DNA of 64,000 bases from an uncultured virus (IMG/VR IMGVR_UViG_3300035661_004061) (Duplodnaviria > Heunggongvirae > Uroviricota > Caudoviricetes), in the IMG/VR virus record IMGVR_UViG_3300035661_004061; one strand, given 5' to 3'. The notes under the pieces are model-generated. The model searched no databases and was not told the origin of the DNA. It saw nothing but the letters and a program-made list of their open reading frames with translations. The position numbers were made by a program, and so were the translations under genes. Shown here piece after piece: positions 10,547 to 20,457 of the stretch (positions within the stretch are counted from its first letter, which is position 1; every line of letters starts with the position of its first letter).

Positions 10547-10771
10547 ATGATAAATTTAAACTATAATAATATTAATCTTCAAAATACTTATAGTTCATCA
10601 AATACAAAAGATACTAAAATAGATACAATGAAAATTAATGAAACTATCAAAAACGAAGAAATAAAACCAGAAACAAAAGTTGAACGTATTAAAAGAGAAA
10701 TCGAATCTGAAACTTATAAATTAGATATAAATAAAACAGCAAATAAAATGTTAGAGTCGTTAATTAAATAA
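10547..10771 (+). CDS. flgM: Anti-sigma-28 factor FlgM
   Basis: 74 aa; C-terminal KVERIKREIESETYKLDINKTANKML matches the FlgM sigma-binding region; sigma-28 promoter upstream. Confidence 0.85.
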   Translation: MINLNYNNINLQNTYSSSNTKDTKIDTMKINETIKNEEIKPETKVERIKREIESETYKLDINKTANKMLESLIK

Positions 10772-10773
10772 TA

Positions 10774-11268
10774 TTAAATATATTGATTTAAATCAACTTC
10801 TTTATATTTAATTTCTGTATACTTCTTTTCATAAAATATAGCACCCAACATATATTCTTTTTTATCATTAAATGAAATATTTAATTTTTCAATAATTTCT
10901 ATTAAATATTTTAATAATTCAAAATTTAAATCATCAGGCATTATGAAAGAATAATTATTTTCAGTATATTCTAATGTTTTAAATTTGATATTTGTATCAA
11001 ATAATTTATTATATATATAATTCAAAATAATAATATTAGAAGTTTTGTTGTAATATTTCATTTCTTCAAATGTAAATGTAAAAGTATAATCAATTTCTTT
11101 GTGAGTTCTAATAAAAGAATTTATTATAACACCATATAATTCATTATTTATTTTTATATATTCTGAATTATTGTTTTGTTTTAATAAATTTTGAGTTATT
11201 TTCATATCGGAAAATATTTTATTACCATTTTTATTTTTATATGTAACATTAAATATTTTTGTATTCAT
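10774..11268 (-). CDS. Hypothetical protein
   Basis: 164-aa ORF with AAGGA RBS. Confidence 0.55.
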   Translation of the reverse strand: MNTKIFNVTYKNKNGNKIFSDMKITQNLLKQNNNSEYIKINNELYGVIINSFIRTHKEIDYTFTFTFEEMKYYNKTSNIIILNYIYNKLFDTNIKFKTLEYTENNYSFIMPDDLNFELLKYLIEIIEKLNISFNDKKEYMLGAIFYEKKYTEIKYKEVDLNQYI

Positions 11269-11313
11269 TTATCGTATCCTTTTGTTGTTTTATTAAACTA
11301 TTTTATGAATTAA

Positions 11314-12087
11314 TTAATTAAAAACAATATTATTATCAATTTCTTCAAATTCTGGAATATTTTTATGAATAAATTCTATTTTCTTTATTTTTAATAAATG
11401 TTTTTTCTTTTTTTGAAGTTCTATCAATTCTACTTTGTCAGTTTTTAAACTTTCAATTCTACTTTTATAAATATTATTAAAATGTTCTTGAGACATTAAA
11501 TCTGAATTTTCTTCAATAAACTTAATAGATTTTTCAACTTCTTCAATCCATTCATCGGCTTCCAATTTCGTCATGTCTTCTATATGATTTTCTATTGTTT
11601 CTTTATAATATTCATAAAAATATTCCCTTGCTGATATTACAAAAAATGGAGGAACTTCTTGTATTCGTATTTCATCATTTATTACCAAATTAACATCCAT
11701 TTTGTGTGGAAATGCAAAAGCATATAAAGGTTTCTTTTTATTAGAATAAAAATCAATAAATGTTTGTCCATCGTTATTATCAGTTTCGTCTGGTTTTTCG
11801 TCTATTTCATGTGCATTATTATATGTCCCAAATTCTAAATTTACATTGTATATACTTAGTAATATATCTTTTGTTTTTTTTAAATCATATCTTATTTTTC
11901 CACTATGAAAAGAATAGTATTTTCCTCTTTCTTCATTTTTATAATTTTCTGTATTTATTTCATATTTTAATAATTTAGCTAAATTTCGAATTGGAAATTG
12001 AGCATATGACCATTGATCATGTAATGCTAATGTTTGTTTTTTATCTTCATGTTTAAAATCAATAAATACTTGGTGTCTTTGTCCCAT
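11314..12087 (-). CDS. Conserved-looking hypothetical protein (MGQRHQ..HDQW..DNNDG motifs)
   Basis: 257-aa ORF with RBS and distinctive polar motifs. Confidence 0.6.
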   Translation of the reverse strand: MGQRHQVFIDFKHEDKKQTLALHDQWSYAQFPIRNLAKLLKYEINTENYKNEERGKYYSFHSGKIRYDLKKTKDILLSIYNVNLEFGTYNNAHEIDEKPDETDNNDGQTFIDFYSNKKKPLYAFAFPHKMDVNLVINDEIRIQEVPPFFVISAREYFYEYYKETIENHIEDMTKLEADEWIEEVEKSIKFIEENSDLMSQEHFNNIYKSRIESLKTDKVELIELQKKKKHLLKIKKIEFIHKNIPEFEEIDNNIVFN

Positions 12088-12151
12088 TGATATTTCCTTT
12101 TAATATTTTTAACATTATAATAAAAATGTTGAAATAAAAACATTAAAAGAA

Positions 12152-12179
12152 AATATTAAAACCCGAAAGTTTTAATATT
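12152..12179 (-). terminator. Rho-independent terminator after the ter pair
   Basis: 11-bp stem aatattaaaac / gttttaatatt, loop TTTCGG on the minus strand, followed by a T-rich tract. Confidence 0.65.
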
Positions 12180-12185
12180 AATAAA

Positions 12186-12791
12186 TTATAGGAAGTTTAT
12201 AGCTGTTTTTTGAGTTTCTTCCAAACGTCTATCAGTTAAAGGTTCTCCAATAACTTTAAATTTCCAACCGTCAATTTCTTTTACCGCTACACCAAGAATC
12301 ATTGAAACTTTATTTTGAAATAAAGGTTCATTAGCTACTTTAAATGTTGCTAAAATTTCAGTTGGTACATTTTTTGCACCTGTATAAACCCGAAGATTTG
12401 CATAAGGTAATTCACCAAAATTTTGACCACTGAAACTATGAAGAACAACAGCAATATATTTGATTTCACTTGAAATTTTTTCAAGGTCAGCCACAATAAC
12501 CTCATTATCACTATCATCTGCTTGTGTATCACCTGAACGGTCATCACCTGTATGATAAATAGATCCATCTCTTGATTTTGTGTGTCCAAAATATACTTTG
12601 TCCACAAAATTTTTATTACTGTCATATAAAATAACGCTAGCGTCTAGATCTACTGATTCTTTAGAACCACCAAAACCGAACATACCTTTTTTTTGAATTT
12701 GTCCCCAGTTTACACCAAAACAAAGATTTTTCAATCCTTTAGAAGCACTTTTACTTAAATTGATTGTTCCGCCTTTAGATAATTGAATCAT
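12186..12791 (-). CDS. terZ: TerD-family stress protein, TerZ-like
   Basis: LSKGGTINLSK, GVNWG..KKGMFGFGG..VDLDAS, HTGDDRSGD..DNEVI. Confidence 0.8.
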   Translation of the reverse strand: MIQLSKGGTINLSKSASKGLKNLCFGVNWGQIQKKGMFGFGGSKESVDLDASVILYDSNKNFVDKVYFGHTKSRDGSIYHTGDDRSGDTQADDSDNEVIVADLEKISSEIKYIAVVLHSFSGQNFGELPYANLRVYTGAKNVPTEILATFKVANEPLFQNKVSMILGVAVKEIDGWKFKVIGEPLTDRRLEETQKTAINFL

Positions 12792-12846
12792 TTTTTTAAT
12801 CCTTTAATTTTTATTATTTTGATTGATTGTTTGTTTAGAATAAATA

Positions 12847-13443
12847 TTACGCCAAAAGGTGAGCAGCGTTATATTCACGAACAAATTCAGCAAGACCAGA
12901 TTTAAAACCAGCACCTATCGCTTTAAATTTCCATTCTCCATTATTTCTATACAATGAACCAAATTGAAGTGCTGTTTCAGTAGAAAAATCTTCACTAAGG
13001 TCATATTTAGCAATTTCAACACCAGTTTCTTCATTATAAATTTTAATATAAGCATTTGAAACCATACCAAAATTTTGATTTCTTGCTTCTGCACTATCAA
13101 TTGTTACAATAATCGAAATATTTTCAATTCGACTTTCAACATTTGTAAGATCTACTTTAATTGATTCATCATCTCCTTCACCTGAACCTGAACGGTTATC
13201 ACCAAAATGTATAATTGATTCATTACCATTTTTTAAATTACCATAAAAAACGAAATCTTTTTCTGTTTTCAAACTGAAAGATTCTCCATCTTTTTCAAGA
13301 CAAAATAAACTTACGTCTAGGTCAAAAGTACCATTTGAATCAAAACGATTTACATCCCATCCAAGTCCTAGTCTAATTTTAGACATTCCTGGTGCTTCTT
13401 TATTTAAATTGATGTTTCCACCTTTAGATAAGATAATAGCCAT
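12847..13443 (-). CDS. terD: TerD/TerE-family stress protein
   Basis: LSKGGNINLNK, GLGWD, FDLDVS, GDNRSGSGEGDDE, YDLSEDFSTETA, GEWKFKAIG. Confidence 0.9.
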   Translation of the reverse strand: MAIILSKGGNINLNKEAPGMSKIRLGLGWDVNRFDSNGTFDLDVSLFCLEKDGESFSLKTEKDFVFYGNLKNGNESIIHFGDNRSGSGEGDDESIKVDLTNVESRIENISIIVTIDSAEARNQNFGMVSNAYIKIYNEETGVEIAKYDLSEDFSTETALQFGSLYRNNGEWKFKAIGAGFKSGLAEFVREYNAAHLLA

Positions 13444-13746
13444 TTTTAAAATCCTTTAAATTTTATTTTAGAACAGTTATTTTAGTAAAAAAAACTTTAT
13501 ATGTCAAATATATTTTATATTAGCAAAAAAAATTAAGAAAATATTAATGTTATGCTTTATTACAAATTTTTAACTTTATTTACAAATTTATTAAAAATTT
13601 TTGACAAAAAAGTTTTTTTTATATAATGTTACACTATGACTATTTATTTTCTAACTTAAAATATTCATAATAATCTTATAAAACTTTTATAAATAGGAGA
13701 AAAAATATGACTTTACAAAAAAACTTCCTGAAAAATAGGAGGAAAA

Positions 13747-14406
13747 ATGAATAAATTTTTATTGTTTTTATTATTGAATTTTTCACTTTTCGGTTCAAAC
13801 AACCTTCAACAATCACTACCAACTAACGAAACTTCAAAACAACAAACCTACCCTAATACCACTCAAAATTTTACTAAAATAAAATCTTCAAATTATTCTA
13901 TTGCTGATAATTATAATTTATTGAAAGAATATAATCAATATATTTCTGAAAATGAAGATAATGAATTTAACGGATTAGAATCTTTAAAGTATAATCCTTA
14001 TAAAAATCAAATAGTTAGTGATTTTGAAGAATTAAAAGGAACAAAATATTCTTCTTATAGATTATTTGGTAAAACTGATACTCCACATGTTCCGCATGTT
14101 GGACAAATTTATAAAGGCGTAGCGAGTTGGTATGGCGACAAATTTCAAGGAAAAGAAACTGCAAACGGTGAAAAATATAATAAATATATGTATACAGCCG
14201 CTCATAAAACTTTACCACTTAATACTATTGTTGAGGTATTAAATACAAAAACTAATACTTCTGTTGTTGTTAGAATTAATGATAGAGGTCCTTATGTAGG
14301 AAATAGGCTCATTGATTTGTCATATATCGCAGCTAAAAAATTAGGTATTGTTGGTTATGGAACTCATTCAATAAAAATAAAAATTTTAGGAATGTATAAA
14401 AAATAA
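13747..14406 (+). CDS. rlpA: RlpA-family septal lytic transglycosylase (DPBB domain)
   Basis: GVASWYG..GKETANGE..TAAHKTLP..VRINDRGPY..IDLSYIAA; N-terminal signal without a lipobox Cys; no SPOR domain. Confidence 0.92.
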   Translation: MNKFLLFLLLNFSLFGSNNLQQSLPTNETSKQQTYPNTTQNFTKIKSSNYSIADNYNLLKEYNQYISENEDNEFNGLESLKYNPYKNQIVSDFEELKGTKYSSYRLFGKTDTPHVPHVGQIYKGVASWYGDKFQGKETANGEKYNKYMYTAAHKTLPLNTIVEVLNTKTNTSVVVRINDRGPYVGNRLIDLSYIAAKKLGIVGYGTHSIKIKILGMYKK

Positions 14407-14736
14407 GCATTTCTTTTCTTTCTTTTCTTTTTTATATCTTTTATATAGAAATAATTTGACTTTCTTTGTAAAGTAATAATTATTTCTACAATAAACGGAT
14501 ATTAATTTAATAAAAAGGATATAAATGAAACAAAAAGATATAATTATGCTAATGTTCAAATAAATTTTATATACGATTTCTATCGTAAATTTACTTCACA
14601 AACTCTTTTTCTTTATCATATAAAAATATAAATTTTAATTAACACACATTTTTATGAATTTCAATTGACTTTAATATAATATTTTGTGTAAAATAAACTT
14701 CTAAATAAAAATAAATTATTTAATTAAAGGATATAA

Positions 14737-16071
14737 ATGAAGAATAGTATAACTTGTGATTTTTGTGGTGCTGAAGAAACTGATACATTATATATTATGA
14801 GAGGATTAAAAGATGGACACATCTGTAAAAATTGTATTGTTGGTGCTTTCACTTTATTAAATCATTCTAATGAATTGTCTTTACCTGAAAAACCAACAAA
14901 ATTAATTACGGATAAAGAAGAAAATGTTTTAGAACATTTAAAATCTAAATTGATATATCCTACACAATTAAAAAGTAAATTAGATGAATATGTTATTGGT
15001 AATGAAAGTGCAAAAAAAATACTTTCCGTTGTTGTACACAATCATTATAAAAGAATTATTAAAACAATTGAAAATCAAATAAATAATGATACTGAAACAG
15101 AATTAGAAAAATCAAATATTTTATTAATAGGACCTACTGGAACAGGTAAAACATTATTAGCTGAAACGTTATCTAAAATATTAGATGTTCCATTTGCTAT
15201 TGCTGATGCAACAGGAATGACTGAATCTGGATATAGTGGTGATGACGTTTATAATGTTTTAACTAGACTTTATAAAAATGCTGGAAATAATATTGAAAAA
15301 GCACAATATGGAATTGTATTCATAGATGAAATAGATAAAATAGCAAGTAAAAAAGCTAATAATAATTCTGGACGTGACGTAACAGGTGAAGGTGTTCAAC
15401 AAGCTTTGTTAAAAATGATTGAAGGAACGATTATAGATGTTCCAAAAGACGGTGGAAATAAAACTGCAATGTCTACAAATATAGAATTTAACACAAAAAA
15501 TGTTTTATTTATTTGTGGCGGTTCTTTCGCTGGTATCGAAGAATTAATTAAACAACGTTCAAATACTAAACCTACATTAGGATTTAATAATGTTATTGAA
15601 TCTAAAAAAGAACCATTATTTAATATTTTGAAAAAAGTTGAAATTGAAGATATTAAATCTTTTGGACTTATTCCAGAATTCGTAGGAAGATTACATACTG
15701 TTGCTGTATTAGAAGAATTAACTGTTGAAATTTTAGTTCAGATATTAACAGAACCTAAAAATGCACTTATAAAACAATATAAAGAAATTTTTAAAATTGA
15801 AGATTCTACTTTAATATTTGAAGAAGAAGCTATCATTAAAATTGCTGAATTTGCACAAAAAAGAGGTGTTGGTGCAAGAGGATTACGTTCAATTATCGAA
15901 GAATTACTTCTTGATATAATGTTTGATATTGAAAAATATACAGGAAAAGAAGTAATTGTAAATTCAGAAATAATAGAAAACTATACTTCAACTAAACAAA
16001 ATATTATAACTGATACTACAATAAAACCAAAAGCAAACAATATTAATTTAGTATTAACTAAAACTGAATAA
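14737..16071 (+). CDS. clpX: ATP-dependent Clp protease ATP-binding subunit
   Basis: CDFC..ICKNC zinc-binding domain, KSNILLIGPTGTGKT, FIDEIDK, GEGVQQALLK, LGF loop, GARGLR. Confidence 0.95.
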   Translation: MKNSITCDFCGAEETDTLYIMRGLKDGHICKNCIVGAFTLLNHSNELSLPEKPTKLITDKEENVLEHLKSKLIYPTQLKSKLDEYVIGNESAKKILSVVVHNHYKRIIKTIENQINNDTETELEKSNILLIGPTGTGKTLLAETLSKILDVPFAIADATGMTESGYSGDDVYNVLTRLYKNAGNNIEKAQYGIVFIDEIDKIASKKANNNSGRDVTGEGVQQALLKMIEGTIIDVPKDGGNKTAMSTNIEFNTKNVLFICGGSFAGIEELIKQRSNTKPTLGFNNVIESKKEPLFNILKKVEIEDIKSFGLIPEFVGRLHTVAVLEELTVEILVQILTEPKNALIKQYKEIFKIEDSTLIFEEEAIIKIAEFAQKRGVGARGLRSIIEELLLDIMFDIEKYTGKEVIVNSEIIENYTSTKQNIITDTTIKPKANNINLVLTKTE

Positions 16072-16080
16072 GGAAAATAA

Positions 16081-17220
16081 ATGATAAGTAAAAATGTATA
16101 TTTAGATTTTGAAGACGTATTGATTAAACCTCGAATTTCTAATTTAAATTCAAGAAAAGATATTGATTTATGGCGTGATTTTAGTTATAACAGTCCTTTA
16201 ATGAAAAATTGGAAACCTTTTCCAGTAATGTCAGCTAATATGGACACTGTATCTACAATTGAAATGGCTTTTGAATTATTAAAAAGAAATTGGATTTGTG
16301 TTTTACATAAATATGTTTCAATAGAGGAAATAAAAAATCTTTTTGATAGAATAGATGAATGGAATAGTATAGATAATGATGAAAAAATTATAGATTATAG
16401 AAATTTATTTATTTCAAGAGGAACAACTGAATCTGATAGAATTAAATTAAAAGAAAGATTGGAATCAGAAAATAGAATTAAATCTGTTTGTATAGATGTT
16501 GCAAATGGTTATCGTAAAGAAGTTTTTGAATATGTACAAGAACTTAAATCAGGGATTTGTAAAGATAAAATTTTAATGGTTGGAAACATCGCTACATTTG
16601 ATGCTTTTGAAAAATATGCCGAAATAGGAGTAGAAATAATTAAAGCTGGAATAGGTCAAGGTTCAGCATGTACGACTAGAATTCAAACTGGAATAGGTGT
16701 TCCACAAATAGGAATGATTGATGAAATTAAAGAATTACAAGAAAAAGAAATAAAAAATTATGATAAATATATTAATAAAGGAATATCTACTAATACAGAA
16801 GAAAAAGATTCATATGATAAAATATCAAAAGTATTATTATGTTCCGATGGAGGATGTAAAAAAATTGGCGATATTTCAAAAGCTTTTGTAGCTGGTTCAG
16901 ATTTTGTAATGATTGGTGGAATGTTAGCTGGTCATAAAGAATGTGGAGGAGAAATAGAAGAAATTAATGAAATTAAAAAAGTTAGATTTTCTGGAATGGC
17001 AGCAAAAGAATCACAATGGAAAGGTGTTTCTAAACACGGTGTTGAAGAAGGTAAGACTGTTTGGATTCCATATAAAGGTAAAGTATATAGAACATTGGAA
17101 AAAATTGAAGGAGGTGTTCGTTCTACTTGTACATATACGAATTCTTTAAATATTTTTGAATTAACTAAAAATCAAATGTTGATTCAAGTTACTATTCAAG
17201 AAAATAAAATTTTTAATTAA
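16081..17220 (+). CDS. guaC: GMP reductase
   Basis: LDFEDVLIKP, ANMDTV, IDVANGY, GIGQGSACTTR, DGGC, EEGK; no CBS domains. Confidence 0.88.
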   Translation: MISKNVYLDFEDVLIKPRISNLNSRKDIDLWRDFSYNSPLMKNWKPFPVMSANMDTVSTIEMAFELLKRNWICVLHKYVSIEEIKNLFDRIDEWNSIDNDEKIIDYRNLFISRGTTESDRIKLKERLESENRIKSVCIDVANGYRKEVFEYVQELKSGICKDKILMVGNIATFDAFEKYAEIGVEIIKAGIGQGSACTTRIQTGIGVPQIGMIDEIKELQEKEIKNYDKYINKGISTNTEEKDSYDKISKVLLCSDGGCKKIGDISKAFVAGSDFVMIGGMLAGHKECGGEIEEINEIKKVRFSGMAAKESQWKGVSKHGVEEGKTVWIPYKGKVYRTLEKIEGGVRSTCTYTNSLNIFELTKNQMLIQVTIQENKIFN

Positions 17221-17359
17221 GAAAAATAAAGTTATAAAATATTTAAATAACTATACAAAAAAATGGATAGAACCAAATGAAGAATCATATTCATATTATA
17301 AATATTTACAGATTTAAATTAAATATATTTTAAATAAAAAAATATTTGTATAAATTAAA

Positions 17360-17501
17360 AAAAAATGTTATAATATAATAATTCTAAATTTAAAGTATTA
17401 TTTTAAATTTAAGGATTTAAGAAATTAAATAAAAAATGTTATAATATAATAATTCTAAATTTAAAGTATTATTTTAAATTTAAGGATTTAAGAAATTAAA
17501 T
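17360..17501 (+). repeat. Exact 71-bp tandem duplication containing a TGnTATAAT extended -10 promoter
   Basis: aaaaaatgttataatataataattctaaatttaaagtattattttaaatttaaggatttaagaaattaaat occurs at 17360 and 17431. Confidence 0.92.
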
Positions 17502-17521
17502 TAAAAATGTAAGGAACTAAA

Positions 17522-18271
17522 ATGTTAAAAAAAATTAAAGGTTTGATAGTACAAGATAATGAGAAGAAAATAAAAGTATTAACTTCTGTTTTTGCTGGTT
17601 CAACTGTTGATGAAAATATTAAAGCTAATATTATTAAAGGTCTTTCTAATTTCGGTTTTGCTAAACAAGAACCAGGAAAAAAATCAAGTCCAGATTATGA
17701 AAATTATGCAGTTGAAATCACAGGTAATAGTTCAGAAGAAACAGCAATGTTGAAAAATGTTATTGAAAGTAAAAAACGTCATGAAATTACTATTACAATG
17801 ATTGATGGAAAACCAGCAATTGTTAAAACTTCTTCTATTCCTACTGAAGGTGAAAAAGTAAAAGAAACAGAAGTGATTGAAGGGGAATCAGAAGTAGTAA
17901 AATACTTAGGAACAGCTACCTTTAATGCTGAAAACAAAAATGGTCTTTCAATTGGGATAATTTTATCAGTTAAAAAAGATGATGAACCAAAAATCGCTGA
18001 TTATAATGCTTTAGGATTATCTCCTATGGATACTAAAGAAGAAGACGAATGGTGTTCTTATTCATTATGGATGAATAAACCGTCAGAAGAAGAAATTGAT
18101 ATAATGAAAAATTTTCCGTCTGAAAATGCTGGAAAATATAAAAAACGTGGAATTATTACATTAGAAATTACTAATTATGGTCAATTTAAAATCATCAATA
18201 ATATTCTTTCTATCGATGATATTGCTGAAAAAGTTGATACAACAGAAGCTGAAGCAAACGCTATAATGTAA
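17522..18271 (+). CDS. Hypothetical protein with two homologous halves
   Basis: AAGGA RBS; YAVEITGNSSEETAMLKN..KKRHEITIT aligns with YSLWMNKPSEEEIDIMKN..KKRGIITLE. Confidence 0.7.
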   Translation: MLKKIKGLIVQDNEKKIKVLTSVFAGSTVDENIKANIIKGLSNFGFAKQEPGKKSSPDYENYAVEITGNSSEETAMLKNVIESKKRHEITITMIDGKPAIVKTSSIPTEGEKVKETEVIEGESEVVKYLGTATFNAENKNGLSIGIILSVKKDDEPKIADYNALGLSPMDTKEEDEWCSYSLWMNKPSEEEIDIMKNFPSENAGKYKKRGIITLEITNYGQFKIINNILSIDDIAEKVDTTEAEANAIM

Positions 18272-18279
18272 AAACAAAT

Positions 18280-18310
18280 AAATATAAAAAGAAAATTTCT
18301 TTTTATATTT
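18280..18310 (+). terminator. Palindromic terminator-like hairpin
   Basis: aaatataaaaagaaa-a-tttctttttatattt just after the stop codon. Confidence 0.5.
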
Positions 18311-18436
18311 GACCTCAAAATTCTTCAATTAAAACTTTCAAAACTTTTTAAAATATCAAAATTTTTATCAAATCCAAAAATTTATTTATAATAATAACTT
18401 AATATTAAAATAAAAATAGAAAACAAGGAATCAAAA

Positions 18437-18697
18437 ATGAAAAAAATAATAGCTATATTATTAATTGTTTTTATAAATTTAATGGCTGAACAGCAAGAAC
18501 CTCCTTCACAAGAAGCTATAAATGATTTAATTGAATCTTATCAAAATGCTGAAGATTATCAAAAAGCAAATGTTTTAAAACAAAATCGGGATGTATGGGA
18601 CGCTTTTTCAGATATTGAAAAAATGCAATTTATACAAAAAATGACAGTTGAAAGTGAAAAAAGAAAAGAAGAAGAAAAAAAATCGAAAGAAAATTAA
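18437..18697 (+). CDS. Small exported protein
   Basis: Signal peptide MKKIIAILLIVFINLMA; RBS. Confidence 0.6.
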   Translation: MKKIIAILLIVFINLMAEQQEPPSQEAINDLIESYQNAEDYQKANVLKQNRDVWDAFSDIEKMQFIQKMTVESEKRKEEEKKSKEN

Positions 18698-18778
18698 TTT
18701 AATTATAAATCATTATATGCTTTGTTTTATTTTTGAAATATATTATAATATTAAAAAATTATAAAGGTATTACAATAA

Positions 18779-20362
18779 ATGAAAATAGAACATATAACTT
18801 ATGAAACTCCAAGAGAAATTACTGTTTCGTCTGCTCGTGGTTGTTATTCCAAAAGACCTATAAAACCAGAAGAATGTGTTACATGGATAACTCCTTATAT
18901 TAATAGTGATATATTAATGAAAGATTTATTTATTGCTGAACACAATACAACTCAAGAACACTTTTATATGTCTTTTGAAATTTCTGGTGTATCACGCCAT
19001 TTAATATGGAGATATATTCATGGATTACATTCTTTTTATTCTTCCGATCAACAAAGTCAAAGATATGTTAAAATGAATAAAGATAATTTTTATTATCCTG
19101 AATTTTTATCAAATGAAGATAAAATTAAATGGACTGAATTTTATCAAAATACATTTAATAAATATGACTTTTTATGTAAAGAAATAGAAGAAGTTATGGA
19201 AACACAAAATTTATTAAATGAACATTTAGTCAAAAGAAAAGATAAAAAAGCAATGGAATTTGCTCGTTATGTCCTACCATTAGGACAAACTTCATTTTTA
19301 ACTCACACTTTAAATTTTGTTACAATTTTAAGACTTGTAGGTTATTTAAATTCATTAGATGAAACTGATGAAATTAGTGAAGAAGCACACAAATTATCAT
19401 TATTACTTAAAAATGAATTATTAAATTTAGGAAATAAATCACCTAAAAATAATAAAATTACAATAACTTATAAATTAAATAAAATAAAAGAATTAAAAGA
19501 ACGAATATTATTAGAAGATAATAGTATTGAAAAAACTAAATTAGAAAAAGAAGTATTAAAATTAGAAAAAATGGAATATTCTGAAATTTATAAAGAAACC
19601 TTAAATAATTTATTTGATAAAAGTGATAAATTTTTTAAAAATATAAAAGATAAAACAACAAATTATATTGTAGATTATAAATCTATATTTAAATTATTTA
19701 AAGAACACAAAACAAATGTTTATGTATATTCAGTAGATTTTGATAGTATGAATAATACTGGAATTGAAAGAACAAATTCTTTTAAATTCAATCCTATGAT
19801 TCCAAATATTGATCATTTAAATACTTTTAAATCAAAAATATTAGTTTCACATAGTGCTGATAGTCAAAATCAACGTCATCGAATGACAGATGGAATAAGA
19901 TTTCCATTAAAAGAATATTATGATTTATTAGAAGAAAAATATTATATTCCTGAATTTTTTAAACAAAATAAAAAATTATTAAATAATTATAATGATTTTA
20001 TGAAATATATGTATAATTTTTATGAAGAACAATCAAAAATATATGGAAAAGAACAATGCTTATATTTACTTCCTAATTCACAAAAAGTATTTTTTATGGA
20101 ACTAGATAAATTGTCATATTTTTCTCATAAAGCACAAAAAAGATTATGTTATAATTCTCAAGAAGAAATTTTTCATATGACACAATCTCAAGTTTTACAA
20201 TTAGAATCACACGGATTAGATATTTATGAATATGATTTAGTGGCACCTTGTGCTGTAAATTATAAATATAAAATTAAACCTACTTGTCCAGAGGGTGATC
20301 GATTTTGTGGAACACAAGTATGGAAAATAAAAGAAGTTGAAAATTATAATAGAATTATTTAA
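18779..20362 (+). CDS. thyX: FAD-dependent thymidylate synthase, tandem two-domain form
   Basis: H..EH..FEISGVSR, QQSQRYV, EFARYVLP in domain 1; QNQRHRM, YLLPN, KRLCYNSQEEI in domain 2. Confidence 0.88.
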   Translation: MKIEHITYETPREITVSSARGCYSKRPIKPEECVTWITPYINSDILMKDLFIAEHNTTQEHFYMSFEISGVSRHLIWRYIHGLHSFYSSDQQSQRYVKMNKDNFYYPEFLSNEDKIKWTEFYQNTFNKYDFLCKEIEEVMETQNLLNEHLVKRKDKKAMEFARYVLPLGQTSFLTHTLNFVTILRLVGYLNSLDETDEISEEAHKLSLLLKNELLNLGNKSPKNNKITITYKLNKIKELKERILLEDNSIEKTKLEKEVLKLEKMEYSEIYKETLNNLFDKSDKFFKNIKDKTTNYIVDYKSIFKLFKEHKTNVYVYSVDFDSMNNTGIERTNSFKFNPMIPNIDHLNTFKSKILVSHSADSQNQRHRMTDGIRFPLKEYYDLLEEKYYIPEFFKQNKKLLNNYNDFMKYMYNFYEEQSKIYGKEQCLYLLPNSQKVFFMELDKLSYFSHKAQKRLCYNSQEEIFHMTQSQVLQLESHGLDIYEYDLVAPCAVNYKYKIKPTCPEGDRFCGTQVWKIKEVENYNRII

Positions 20363-20457
20363 TTATAATTTTCAAATAAGTATTTTGTTTTTTAATTGTT
20401 AAAATTAAAAAAAAATAATATAATAATGTTCTAAAATTAAAAATATAAGGATTAGAA

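Noticed and set aside
11760..17149. Track ORFs 11760-11978, 12350-12625, 12915-13100, 14015-14218 and 16967-17149
   Set aside because: Shadow frames inside well-supported genes; no RBS or motifs noticed
16081..17220. IMP dehydrogenase (guaB) call
   Set aside because: ANMD and DVANGY motifs and the lack of CBS domains fit GMP reductase better
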